Of a stretch of 64,000 nucleotides of DNA, positions 1 through 10,270 are shown piece after piece (positions within the stretch are counted from its first letter, which is position 1; each line of letters begins with the position of its first letter). Both the position numbers and the translations under genes were made by a program. The stretch comes from Callorhinchus milii (Eukaryota): NCBI RefSeq assembly GCF_018977255.1, contig NW_024704743.1:44084001-44148000 (forward strand), given 5' to 3'. Below the pieces are notes generated by a model. That model searched no databases, was not told the origin of the DNA, and saw nothing but the letters and a program-made list of their open reading frames with translations.

Positions 1-145
1 GAAACCCATCATCATGTTTAAGACTATTGCACCAAACTGAGAGTTCAACTCGTGCTACTTACACGTGGAAATTACTGTGTCTCGAATGGAATGCACAATC
101 TCTTCTCAGAGGACATATCCTGCTTATCTGATTCTGGAGAGTATT

Positions 146-223
146 ACAACAACAACAACAACAACAACAACAAGATTATATTTGTATAGCGCCTTTCACG
201 TTGGGAGGAGTCCCAAGGCGCTG
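146..223 (-). mobile_element. L2 LINE extreme 3' tail with (TTG)n repeat
   Basis: (CAA)n at 146-172, then the reverse complement of the L2 end motif gcgccttgggac...cgtgaaaggcgct. Confidence 0.8.
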
Positions 224-361
224 CTCGGCATGAGCAAAAACTTGAGTAACCCAGATTGTGCATTGTGATACTGTTAGAGTTTAACCAGTTAAAGTCACAT
301 AGCTTTGCACTGAGAGCACTGTCTGACACGCTTTCTGTTGCTTGTCCAGCTAGGATCACAA

Positions 362-940
362 TGCAATACAAATTTACACTTATATCTTTCACATCGAGAG
401 GATGTCCTAAGGTTCTTAGGAGGCCTGGCTGGGCACCTGAGATGGGGATGGGAGCCAAAGTGGGTGGGGAAGGGAAAGGTGAACAAAGACACAGTCCAAG
501 AGGTAGGTCTTGAGATGGACATTGAAAGAGTTGAGGGAGGGAACAAGTTGGAGGCGCTCCAGGGTGGAGCTCCAGAGGGTGAGGGTAGACAGGCTGAAAG
601 CCTGATTCCTGATGTTATGGGGCAGGTGGGGAAGGCATCAGGAAGCAGACTAGTGCCTGTTGAGTGAAGGGAGAGGGCGGATCTTTAGGATTTGAGGAGG
701 TCACAAAAGTAAGGGTGAGGCTAGACTGAAGAGGGATTTAAAGGTGAGGATGAGAATCTTGAACTCAGTCCTCTGGGGGATGGGGAGCCAGGCAAGGATG
801 AAGCCTCGGTGGCCTGAAAGGAGAGGTGGTGATAGAGGAGGGCAATATTTAGGAGGTGGGGGAAAGCTGAGCTGGTCAGATGATGGATGATGGATTTAAA
901 GGACAGCCAGGAGTCAAACAAGACACTGTGGTTCCTATCC
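362..940 (-). mobile_element. L2 LINE 3' fragment
   Basis: The minus strand resembles the other L2 3' ends here, including the ctccccatcccccagaggactgagttcaagattctc segment (WLP..QRI.FKIL-like) and the terminal motif. Confidence 0.75.
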
Positions 941-1317
941 ATTGGGCTTTGGCTGGCAGAGTTAACAGGAGCCGAGTGGAAAGAATCATTGCCCCATTCT
1001 CAGTGAATCTCTTAAAAGAACCTCCTAAAATTAAGCCATAACCTCAGGTACCTGAAGTTCTATGAATGGCTGGTCTGATCTTACCAATGCCAGCAGGTGA
1101 CGAAATAGTCATCATGGCAACAGATCTGACAGAACGATTCCACTTTGTGAGCTTGTAAAAAATGACTGCAGCAGATGTGAAATTTTCAAAGGAATCATAT
1201 GATTTGTTTGGCCATGTGGAGACCCATCACCATGCTAAAAGTATCCAAACAAGCGCTGCGGGACGTTACTCTGCGTGAAGGGCACTATATAAACACAAAT
1301 TGTTGTTGCTTTTTCTG

Positions 1318-1700
1318 GTACAGAGAGCATACTCTTTCCCAATGAGATCCAATTTTCTGACCTAATCCTGGAGAGTTTAAGCACAGGTTGGCATGAGCCA
1401 AGGCTTGGGAATATATTGGGGTACTGTTGGAGCTGAACCAGCTTGTATTGTGAACAGTAGCAAACTTCCCACTACTTGTCCAGCTAGATACCACCATACA
1501 CACCAGGGCTTTGGCTGGCAGGGTTAACAGGAGCCAAGTGGGAAAACATTGTGTGATAGGTAAATTCAGATGTATAAGTTTATTTGAAATTTTGGAATTA
1601 AATTTGTGGTGTTGGAACACATGAAATGCCTCAAATGGCAGGCTTTAGTGTGAACAAGGAATGATTGGGTGTATATTTTGTTTCTACAGATAGCAGAGGT
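1318..1700 (+). pseudogene. Unidentified coding fossil, copy 2
   Basis: ctaatcctggagag, gagccaaggcttgg, ctgttggagctgaaccag and gggctttggctggcagggttaacaggagcc match copy 1. HEMPQMAGF...FVSTD aligns with PEVL*MAGL...IMATD. Confidence 0.55.
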
Positions 1701-1829
1701 AGCCATACCAATTACACTAGGAGCTGCTAATGAATATGTTGGTGAATGGTCCCACTGGCCAAGATTGCTCACATATTGTTCACTGCGCTTGAAAGGTAAA
1801 ATGCTCTCCAGTTACTAAATCTCTGCAAA

Positions 1830-2055
1830 TCTCTTTGGATTAATACTCTCTCCTTTCAGTACCTTATGCTCACATAATTTAGGATCAACAGAAAATTGAG
1901 CCATTCTACATGCAGTAGACATAGGGATCCAGACACAGGGCAACTTACAAGCATACATAGCATACATATGTAGAAGTTTCAGTCTGGTTTGAATACTCTT
2001 ATGCATGGTGATAGGTTTCTGCATGCGTCAGACATCTGGCTGACTAATGAAAAGA
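1830..2055 (-). pseudogene. Unidentified coding fossil, copy 3 (N-terminal part)
   Basis: The minus strand reads LVSQMSDACRNLSPCIRVFKPD*NFYI, homologous to 3300-3400 and 42715-42800. Confidence 0.55.
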
Positions 2056-2149
2056 TGTTTCCTCTGAATTGTAGATTGATCCCAGGCTCTGTTTCGCCCC
2101 TGCCCACAAATCTATTGATCCTAACCTTCTGCTTCTTTTTACCTGGTTA

Positions 2150-2545
2150 ATTAATAACAATCCTAGCATTTGATATTGAAACTTTCCCTTGGGATGATGT
2201 CTCAAAGGCCTTCACAGGGCTTTCTGTAAAATGTATTGACTGTGTATTTGTAGGTTTCCAATTTACACGCAATGTCCTGCTAATATCCACAAAGTAAATG
2301 ATTAATTTACCTGAAGAATTGTCGGCTAGGACAAGAGGAGAAACTTCTTTTTCTTTTCTTATCATGACATGATCTTTAATATCCATCTGAACAGGCAGAT
2401 GGGACCTCAGTTTAACTCTCATCTGAAGGACAGCATTTCTGACGATGTAGCACACCCCCAACATCGCAATCAAGTGTCAACCTAGACCATGAGCTCAAAG
2501 TCACATCGTGGGGACAATCTACCCATTGAGCGATGCTGACATTTG
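2150..2545 (-). mobile_element. Old Deu-domain SINE (SacSINE1/AmnSINE-like body)
   Basis: Contains gatctttaatatccatctgaacaggcagatgggacctcagtttaactctcatctgaaggacagca, shared with copies at 4423, 23780, 42310, 46005, 47840 and 55285. Confidence 0.7.
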
Positions 2546-2849
2546 GTAAATTACTGGTAACCTTTACATCATTTACATCCCAACCCTTTACATTCTGTGC
2601 TGTATATAGGATTTCATCTTGAGTAGTCTATAAATTAAGCTATTATAATTGGAATATGTTCAATTTGGGAGATAATTGATAGTTTCTGCTCTTAAGGTCG
2701 AGACTGTGTCATGAAAATCAGTTATGATTGTCCATCTCAGGCAGTCTGAGCTTGTTATTTGTGTCTGTGGGATGTAAGTGCACAACCATGAGTGCAGCTG
2801 AAGTAAACAAACTGAGGGCATTCAATAAGATAAAATCAGACATAAACAA

Positions 2850-3400
2850 GAGCATGAAAATAACTGTATTTCTCTGACTGTCAATTTTAAGACTGGGGTT
2901 TTTCTGAAGCCTGAGTACAGTCAATACTTGGCCCAATCTGTGGCGCTTTACAGACACACACATGTTGGATGATCTGTATTCAACCTTGCTCATCAGCAGG
3001 ATTTGGAGGTGTATACTCGGGGCCGGGAGTCTTTGAGTCAGCTCCCGATAACCAAGCAAGCAAAAGCCCTAACAGATAGGGTGGTCTTACTTGTACAAGC
3101 AGCAAGAAGCTTCTCAGGCAGTGCTCTCAATGACAAACTGTGCGGTTTTAGCTGGTTGAACTCCAGCAGTTCCCCAACACACAGTGTGGGGGTCCTCAAG
3201 CCTTGGCTCTTGCCACCCTGCATCTAATACTCTCCAGAATTAGATAAACAGGATGTTCTATTTCACTGAACACATTTCATTCCATCCAGACACAGGAATT
3301 TCATGCATAGATTACGTACATAGAATTCTCAGTTTGCTTTTGATACTCTTAAGCGTGCTGATGGATTTCGGCATGTGTTAGACACTTGGCTGACCAAAAA
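2850..3400 (-). pseudogene. Unidentified coding fossil, copy 4
   Basis: The minus strand reads LVSQVSNTCRNPSARLRVSKAN*EFY...HPVYLILESIRCRVARAKA*...LLEFNQLKPHSLSLRALPEKLLAACTSKTTLSVRAFA. Confidence 0.6.
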
Positions 3401-3462
3401 CAGCTTATAGGGAATGAGATTTCTCCATATTCGTGTTTATCTGCAGAAACTCTATAATACAT

Positions 3463-3727
3463 AATAATAATAATAATCTTTACATTTGATATAGTGCCTT
3501 AGCACATCTTTGAATACAGAATACATTCAAAATTGTAGTGACTGTATATTTGTGGGCAAAATGCAGCAGCCAATTGTACAGAGCAGTTTCCCACAAACAG
3601 TGTCCCAGAAAATTTGGAGGGATTATTACCCCCGGAAAGCAATATTCGCCAATTGACAAACAACCTACTTACTGCTAGGTGAACAGAGGCATGTGGAGTA
3701 AGGAAACCTGTCGAAGGTTTCGTCCCG
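3463..3727 (-). mobile_element. tRNA-Ala DeuSINE, older long variant, head missing
   Basis: (TAA)n tail, Deu core gcagccaattg and the long-variant internal segment. Confidence 0.8.
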
Positions 3728-4330
3728 ATATGTACCAATAGAAGTCCCTAGTTGTGTAATTCAGATTTCTTATTTAGGAATCCCTTTGGGAAATATGGCA
3801 AATTAGACCCCAGATATCTCCTTTTACAAAAAAAATGTTTACCTTGGATTGAAGTCTGCTGTTTGCTGATGGTTCACTTTGATGACGGTCTGAGGCTAGG
3901 ATTAGTGGTTAATTTTCCATAAATAAGATTGGCTTTGGCATTGAGGACAGGGAGATCAGGGAAAGGATAACACAGTGTGTACTCTGTGATTGCCTTCATT
4001 GCACATTGGCAAGCCACATTACAGTATAAAGCAGAGGTGGTCACATACACACACTATAAATTATTAAGCATTCTTCAATGGTTTTGAGAAATGTTCTGAA
4101 TATTTTAGCTTGAACCAGAAAATAAAATTGCAATTGATATTCATTTGCAGACTGGCTAGGTTGGCAGGTCATTTTATTTTAACTACTCCAGAGAAGATGA
4201 TATTGGACTTAAATGACATTTTGAGATTTACAGTAAAAGGGAATTTCACCATTCACGAGAGTAAGACACGAAAATTGAGCAGTGAAGTGGGGAGGGGAAG
4301 GATAAATCTGCCTTCACTGTTGTTTTAAAT

Positions 4331-4344
4331 TGCCCTCTAGTGGC
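4331..4344 (-). promoter_or_regulatory. Candidate CTCF core motif
   Basis: tgccctctagtggc (reverse complement gccactagagggca) closely matches the CTCF core consensus. This is a motif match only. Confidence 0.4.
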
Positions 4345-4422
4345 TACTTTAGCAAGTTCAACAAATTTGTTTTTGTGATTTTGATTTACTCTTTTTTAAT
4401 ATTTGCAAATTCTGTTATCTTC

Positions 4423-4826
4423 CGGCTCAGTTGGTAACACTGTCACCTCTGAGTCACAAGGTTATAGGTTAAAGTTTCACATTAGGACTTTGAACTCACA
4501 GTCCAAGCTAATACTCTAGTGCGGTACTGGGAGGAGTACTACATTGTTGGAGGTCCCATCCTCTCATCTGTGTGTTCAGGTAGATGAATAAGATCCCATG
4601 TAACCACCTGAACATGCAGTATTCAAAATTCAAAAACAGGAGGTACAATCCCCAAATAAAATTGATCATTCACTTCACGGTTGTTTGGGGCATTGCTATA
4701 TGCAGATTTGCCACCACATTTTGCCTACAAAATACCCTGTACAGTAAATCCTATAAAGAACTTTGAGACATCCTCCTGTCCTCCTGAAGTAAAAGGCACT
4801 GTATCAAATGCAAGGATTATTATTAT
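4423..4826 (+). mobile_element. Old tRNA-headed Deu-domain SINE, near full length
   Basis: Head ggctcagttggtaacactgtcacctctgagtca (A box), Deu core, and tail aaatgcaaggattattatt. Confidence 0.75.
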
Positions 4827-6019
4827 CTTCTTGCATAAATAAACTGAAATATAGTGGGAGACCTCACACTGTATATTATACATGTCAACATGTGGTTGCA
4901 AAGCATCTGCATCTCCACAATATTATGAACACATTTTATTTTTGTGACACAAGTTACTGGGTGTTTTTGAGATGTGCAATATATTCAGTTCCTTCAATTG
5001 TTTAAATCTGAGTATGAAACAAATAAAGCAGTGACAGCTGTTTTTAGGCTATTTGTACAACTCTGGGTTAATTTAAACGTCACAGCTGACTAATATTCTC
5101 AAACTGCAAGGCAAACAATGAATGCAAGGGTCAAGTGTAAATCAGACTCGCATTTGTTAAAGTTTAGAACAGGTTAATTTTCACTGATGTGTTTGTCATT
5201 GAAAATTCAGCCTGTTGCTAACTGTTTTTCTCCACACCTAACTCTGTCACGATAATTGCATTTGAAAAACAGACCTTGGCTGTAACTGTGGCATTGAACT
5301 GCCAGCTTGTGAAGTGTGGTATTGGAGTATCACTTGGCAGGATATCAGCTTAATACAAGAAAAAAGTAAGAGTAAAGATGGTGTTCTGGTGACTGATTCT
5401 TCAATATGTGGGTTGGCTTCAGTCCTAACTATTGTCATTGAGTAACTAGTTCAAACTTACGAACCAGGATCATTAGTTATCAACAGGGCAGAATTTTTTG
5501 CAATATGTTAACACATTACATGTTGCATCTTTCAACTCTTTTTACAAAAGTATTTCTTTTGGGTTCTCTTCCACAATGATCTGTCATTTTCCGTTTACCA
5601 GCCCTCACTGCCAGTTCCCAGAGTTTCTCGATGAAGCTGATCTGACCTCAGGGCTAAAATCAACAGGAATGATGCTTCCAAACCCTTGAACTTCTGCATC
5701 CAGTTTAAAATGCACCAAAGACCTTGTCATGTGGCTATTGTGCGCTGCAATGCTGCCTTTACTCAATCTGTGCCTTGACTTTACCAAAGCAGAGGTAGCA
5801 AGTGGCTGTTTAACGGTGATTTATCTCCTCTTTTATGTCTGTTAATTAGTCAGCCAAAACACTCAAAACAGAGAGATGTACTCCCAAAATATTTGTCCGT
5901 GGCACATTCTAAGTTTCTGATAGAGAAACTGCAAACTGAAAAGAAAACATTTACAACTATTCAATCTTGACAGTTGTCGGGCGGACCCAGAGATTCTATA
6001 GGTGGCACCGTAGCGACGT

Positions 6020-6688
6020 TCCCACAGTTACCCACATCCATTCTCTGACCAGGAGCACTTTTTTCCACCTCTGTCACATTGCCCGGTTCCATCTGTACCT
6101 CACACCAAAAGCAGCCAAAACCTTTGTCACTTCCTGGCTGGACTATTCTATTGCCCTCCTCGCTGATCGCCCCAGCGCTACAATATACAAAATACAACAA
6201 ATTCAGAACTCCGCCACCCGGATCGTCACCCACACAAAACTCCATACCCCTATCACACCAGTCCTTGCTAGGCTCCACTGGCTCCCATTTACTAAACGGA
6301 GTGATTTTAAGATCCTCTCACTAATTTTTAAATTCCTTCATGCCCTCGCACCTCCTTGCCTATCCGATTTGCTTACACCCCCCCCCCCCTCCACTCGGCT
6401 GGCTCCGACTTCCTGTTCGGCCCTCGCCCCCTCCGCTCCATCATCAGTGGTCATGGCTTAAGCCACTACGGCCCAAAACTCTTGAACTCTATCCCTCAAT
6501 CCCTCCGCCTTGACCCCTCCCTCCCCACTTTCAAATCCCGCCTAAAGATCTTCTTTTTTGATCGTGCTTATGATCACCTCCTCCCTTCCTCTCTCACTGG
6601 CTCAGGGTCAGACTCCGCCACCATCAGGCACTCCGGGACACTGCCCCACGTGAAAGGCACTATCTAAATGCAACTTGTTGCTGTTGTT
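6020..6688 (+). mobile_element. L2 LINE 3' fragment (ORF2 C-terminus and 3' UTR)
   Basis: ORF 5967-6461 reads TSWLDYSIALLA...IQQIQNSATRIV...ITPVLARLHWLP...DFKIL, typical of the L2 ORF2 C-terminus. A (TTG)-like tail follows. Confidence 0.9.
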
Positions 6689-8100
6689 AACATCCAGATT
6701 CAATATTTACAAATCCTTTGTGAATCCAGGTGTGATTGTTACAGTTTTGACCCCTACTGTGCCAATCAGATACGAAAATTAAAAACACAGTCGCTCTAAA
6801 AAAATGTGAGCACGTGAGAAAGCAAAGGAATTGTATGTCATACAATATGTTAGCACTGGTTCACAGGCCAATGAATCTGTTCTGCTGTTTCCTACAAAAG
6901 AGAGCCTGCTTTATAGCATTAGCAGAACATGCACTTCCTTTTACAGATATGGACATGCCTGGCATATTTCCCTTTTTATTTTAATTTTAGAACATTGAAG
7001 CAAGTGGAGCCCAGAGGATATCAGGCAGCTTTGAGGTTATCAGTGGAATCCAAAGGCAGAATTAAATTGATCGGTCCTGTGGGAAATTATTCAATCTGGT
7101 GTAAGCGGCGTTAAGTAGGCTTTCACATCAAAAAAATTTATTTCAAATGTAACTCTTTTGTTCCTAAAATAATTCAGAATGATTATATGGAGGTATTTTT
7201 GGCTTACTAAATCCTGTTCAGTTTCAATTAATCTTATTGATGTTGTGATACAATTTGAGGAGCTCGCAGTCTGACACAGTTATTGCCTATCATGGTACAT
7301 TACAAAAGAACACCTTATAAAACATACTGATGTCTTTATTGCATCTGTGCTCCAGCTACGTGTGCCATTTAGTGCTTGGATAAAAGAAGTGTATCGAAGA
7401 CTTCAAATTGGCTATGAATTTTTACAGCTTAAGGTATTGAGAAATTCTACATTTGGCTGTAAGAAACAGCTTCTCACTATCACACTATTAACCAAATCAA
7501 GTGTCATTCATGACTATTTTAAAATGTTAGCTATTTTGATGCACATCAAAAATAAATATAAACATGCTTTGGAATACATTTCAGATTTTGCAAATACTAT
7601 TTTTGATCATAAATCTCACTCTTCACATGAAGTGTTAACACTTGCATAATTCTCATGATCTCTTAATGGATCAGCCTCTACAAGGGGCTTTGGTGTGCAG
7701 AAACTTCCCTCAGGGAATAAATATCTAGAAAGAGGGTTAGGAAACACATCTCGTTTTAATGGTGCAAAATAGCTTATGTTCGTCACAATTTCACTGCCAT
7801 ATGGAGCTTTGGCAATTGATGCTCCCAGCTTGTGGTAACATAACTATTCATAACTTCAAAGGGACTTCTTCCCTGTGGTCACTTCAGTACCCTTCACAAC
7901 TCACACATCCCCACCTGTTGCTGCAAATTGCCAGATCCTGTGACCCAGGCATCTAATGGTCCCTGTTGTTTATTTAGATATATTAAAGTAGATTGGCTTC
8001 AGGAGATATTCTTTTTCTTTTTAACAGGGTGAGATATGGTTTTACATTTGTATTCATTTTTGAGTGGGGTATACAAGGTGAAGAGACATATGTTATTATG

Positions 8101-8345
8101 TGGAATCCTATAGCTCAATGGTTAGAGCACTCGTCTCACAAGCAAGAGACCTGGGTTCGATTCTCAGCAGGGCAAAACATTGGGCAAATTTCCTTACTCC
8201 ATATGTCTCTGTTTACCTAGCAGTAAGTAGGAACCTGGTTGTTAGTCAATTGATGGATCGCTTTTCCAGTGGTAATAATTCCTTCAAAAAAAAGGTCACT
8301 CGATCCACGACTGTTTGTGGGACACTGCTGTGCGGAATCGGTTCC
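8101..8345 (+). mobile_element. tRNA-derived DeuSINE, long variant, 3' end missing
   Basis: A box tagctcaatgg, B box gttcgattc and the long internal segment. Confidence 0.85.
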
Positions 8346-9245
8346 CAAATAATGGTAGTGGATGTCAGGAAATACGCTCAGAAATAAGGCAACCTTGCTC
8401 CTGTCATTTTACACAATTTTGTTTCTGTTTGACAGGGAGACAATACAAATAAAAGTATTGCTTCAGCTATGAACTCCTATATTTTAGCCCAGCTTTGTTT
8501 TCATTGAATCATAGAATTATACAGCACAGAAGGAGGCCATTTGGCCCATCGTGTCTGTGCCGGTCTGGTTCATGTCTGGCTGTAATTAAAACTCGAAAAA
8601 TACTGCAATGTCCCAGTAAAATGAAAAACAATCGAGACTCTGTCATGTGAAAGTAAGAAGCATAATACTACCAAAGCTGTTTAGGATTTCAAAGGCATTG
8701 TGCTGTCTCACGGAAGGACACCGAATGGAGGCAGCATGGCTGCAGATATTGCTTAGAACGGGCTAAACTGTTGCCATAGTGACTTTGTTGGAGTGACATA
8801 ACCTGAGTTTGAGCACTGAACTCTGCCTAATTAATAAAATGAAAAATGGAGTGCAGAAAATGCTATCTCCCAACACTGGCTTCTAAAGCACAATATTTGC
8901 AGATCGATTCATAAACAGCAAGTCCTGCTGGTAACCAGAAGTATATCAATCACGTCAACCCATGGGATCTCTGCTTCAACCCAATCTACCTCCAGAGCAG
9001 AGTCTCTGTGGATTGATGTAATGTGCTCCCAGTTACTTGTGAGAGTTGTTATTTGCAAATCTGCTTGTAATAGAAGACATTGTATTTTTATCTTGCTTTA
9101 TATGTTGAAACATCGCAAAGCATTTTATTATTGTAATGCAAATAATTATTTTCTAAGAATTGAGCATTTTTGATCCCATTCTACACAATGGCGACGTTTC
9201 TGAACAGCAATTTATATTTAAAACCTGGTCTTTCTGTAGTTTACT

Positions 9246-9246
<1 letters not shown>

Positions 9247-9276
<30 letters not shown>

Positions 9277-9502
9277 TAATAATAATTCCTCCAAAACCAA
9301 AAACAATAATAAAAATTGGTCATTTTCAATCTATGACTGTTTGTGGGACATTGCTGTGCGCAATTGGCTGCCGCGTTCGCCCACAAATATACAGTCAATT
9401 CACTTTACAGTGTGTTCTGTGAAGCGCTTTGGGACGTCCTCCCGACGTGAAAAGCGCTATATCAAATGCAAGGATTATTATTATTATTATTATTATTATT
9501 AT
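9247..9502 (+). mobile_element. Young tRNA-Ala DeuSINE, 5'-truncated, with (TAA)n at its 5' end and a (TTA)n tail
   Basis: Near identical to 31130-31344. Confidence 0.95.
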
Positions 9503-9899
9503 TTCCAATTTTTCCGGTTTTATTCTTACATGACACACACACCTCAAAAGTAAGAGTTCAGCCAGCAAATTTCCACAGATGCTGTCAACACCACAGCTCG
9601 GTCAACCATCTAGGGATAGTGGAGGAATATAGCCAGAAACTCCTGATATCACAAGCTTTGACAAATTGCTACTGTATTAACACTCAAATGTGCAAATCAA
9701 GTTTCTTTCCAGGGTGTAAATGCCTGTAATGTTTGTACCGAGCTTGAGCTGGTGGAATTTGAGAATAGTAGAGGCTATTTCAGGGGTGAAAATTGCAATA
9801 TGTGACGTGCTAATAGCAAAACAACAATTTACACATACAGCAGCTTTCATGTTGGCAGAATGTCCCAAAGCGCATCACAACAGCATGAGTTGAGAGGAA

Positions 9900-10270
9900 G
9901 CTGGGAGTATTGGACACAGGAAAGTGGCCAACGGCACAGTCAAAATGTCTTCAATCTTCAGACAGGATTTGAAAGCAGAGAGGCAGAGGGATTTTGGGAA
10001 AGAATTCCAGAGGGAAGGGGCAAAGTGTCTTGCCCACTCATAGTGAAGTGGAGCAGATGCGGGTAGGCGAGGAGGAGAAACAGACCAGAGTTGGTGGACT
10101 GGACCTTTTGAACTTGGTTTAACATCTCATCCAAAGGACAACAGTTCCAACAATACAGGACACCTGCCGGCACTGTATTGGAATATCAGTTTAGAATATG
10201 AGTCCTGACTTGGGGCCTGAACCCACAACCATCCGACTCAGAGGTGAGAGCACTACCAACTAAGCCAACT
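9900..10270 (-). mobile_element. Degenerate L2 fragment (about 9900-10100) plus old DeuSINE 5' half (about 10110-10270)
   Basis: A purine-rich L2 3' remnant is followed by gaacccacaaccatccgactcagaggtgagagcactaccaactaagcca, the reverse complement of the SINE head. Confidence 0.6.

Larger units (their letters stand above)
1..1250 (+). pseudogene. Unidentified coding fossil, copy 1 (pieces 1-145, 224-358, 941-1250), split by two L2 insertions
   Basis: The pieces are colinear with the homologous copies at 1318-1700, 1830-2055, 2850-3400 and 42715-43050. Translation gives YPAYLILESI / ILLEFNQLKSHSFALRAL / ALAGRVNRSRVERII...PQVPEVL*MAGL...IVIMATD, with stops and frameshifts. Confidence 0.6.

Noticed and set aside
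1075..1140. Minus-strand SSPAGIGK, resembling a NACHT Walker A motif
   Set aside because: It lacks the first Gly and the following S/T and has no NACHT context. It lies antisense to the frame supported by the synonymous changes.
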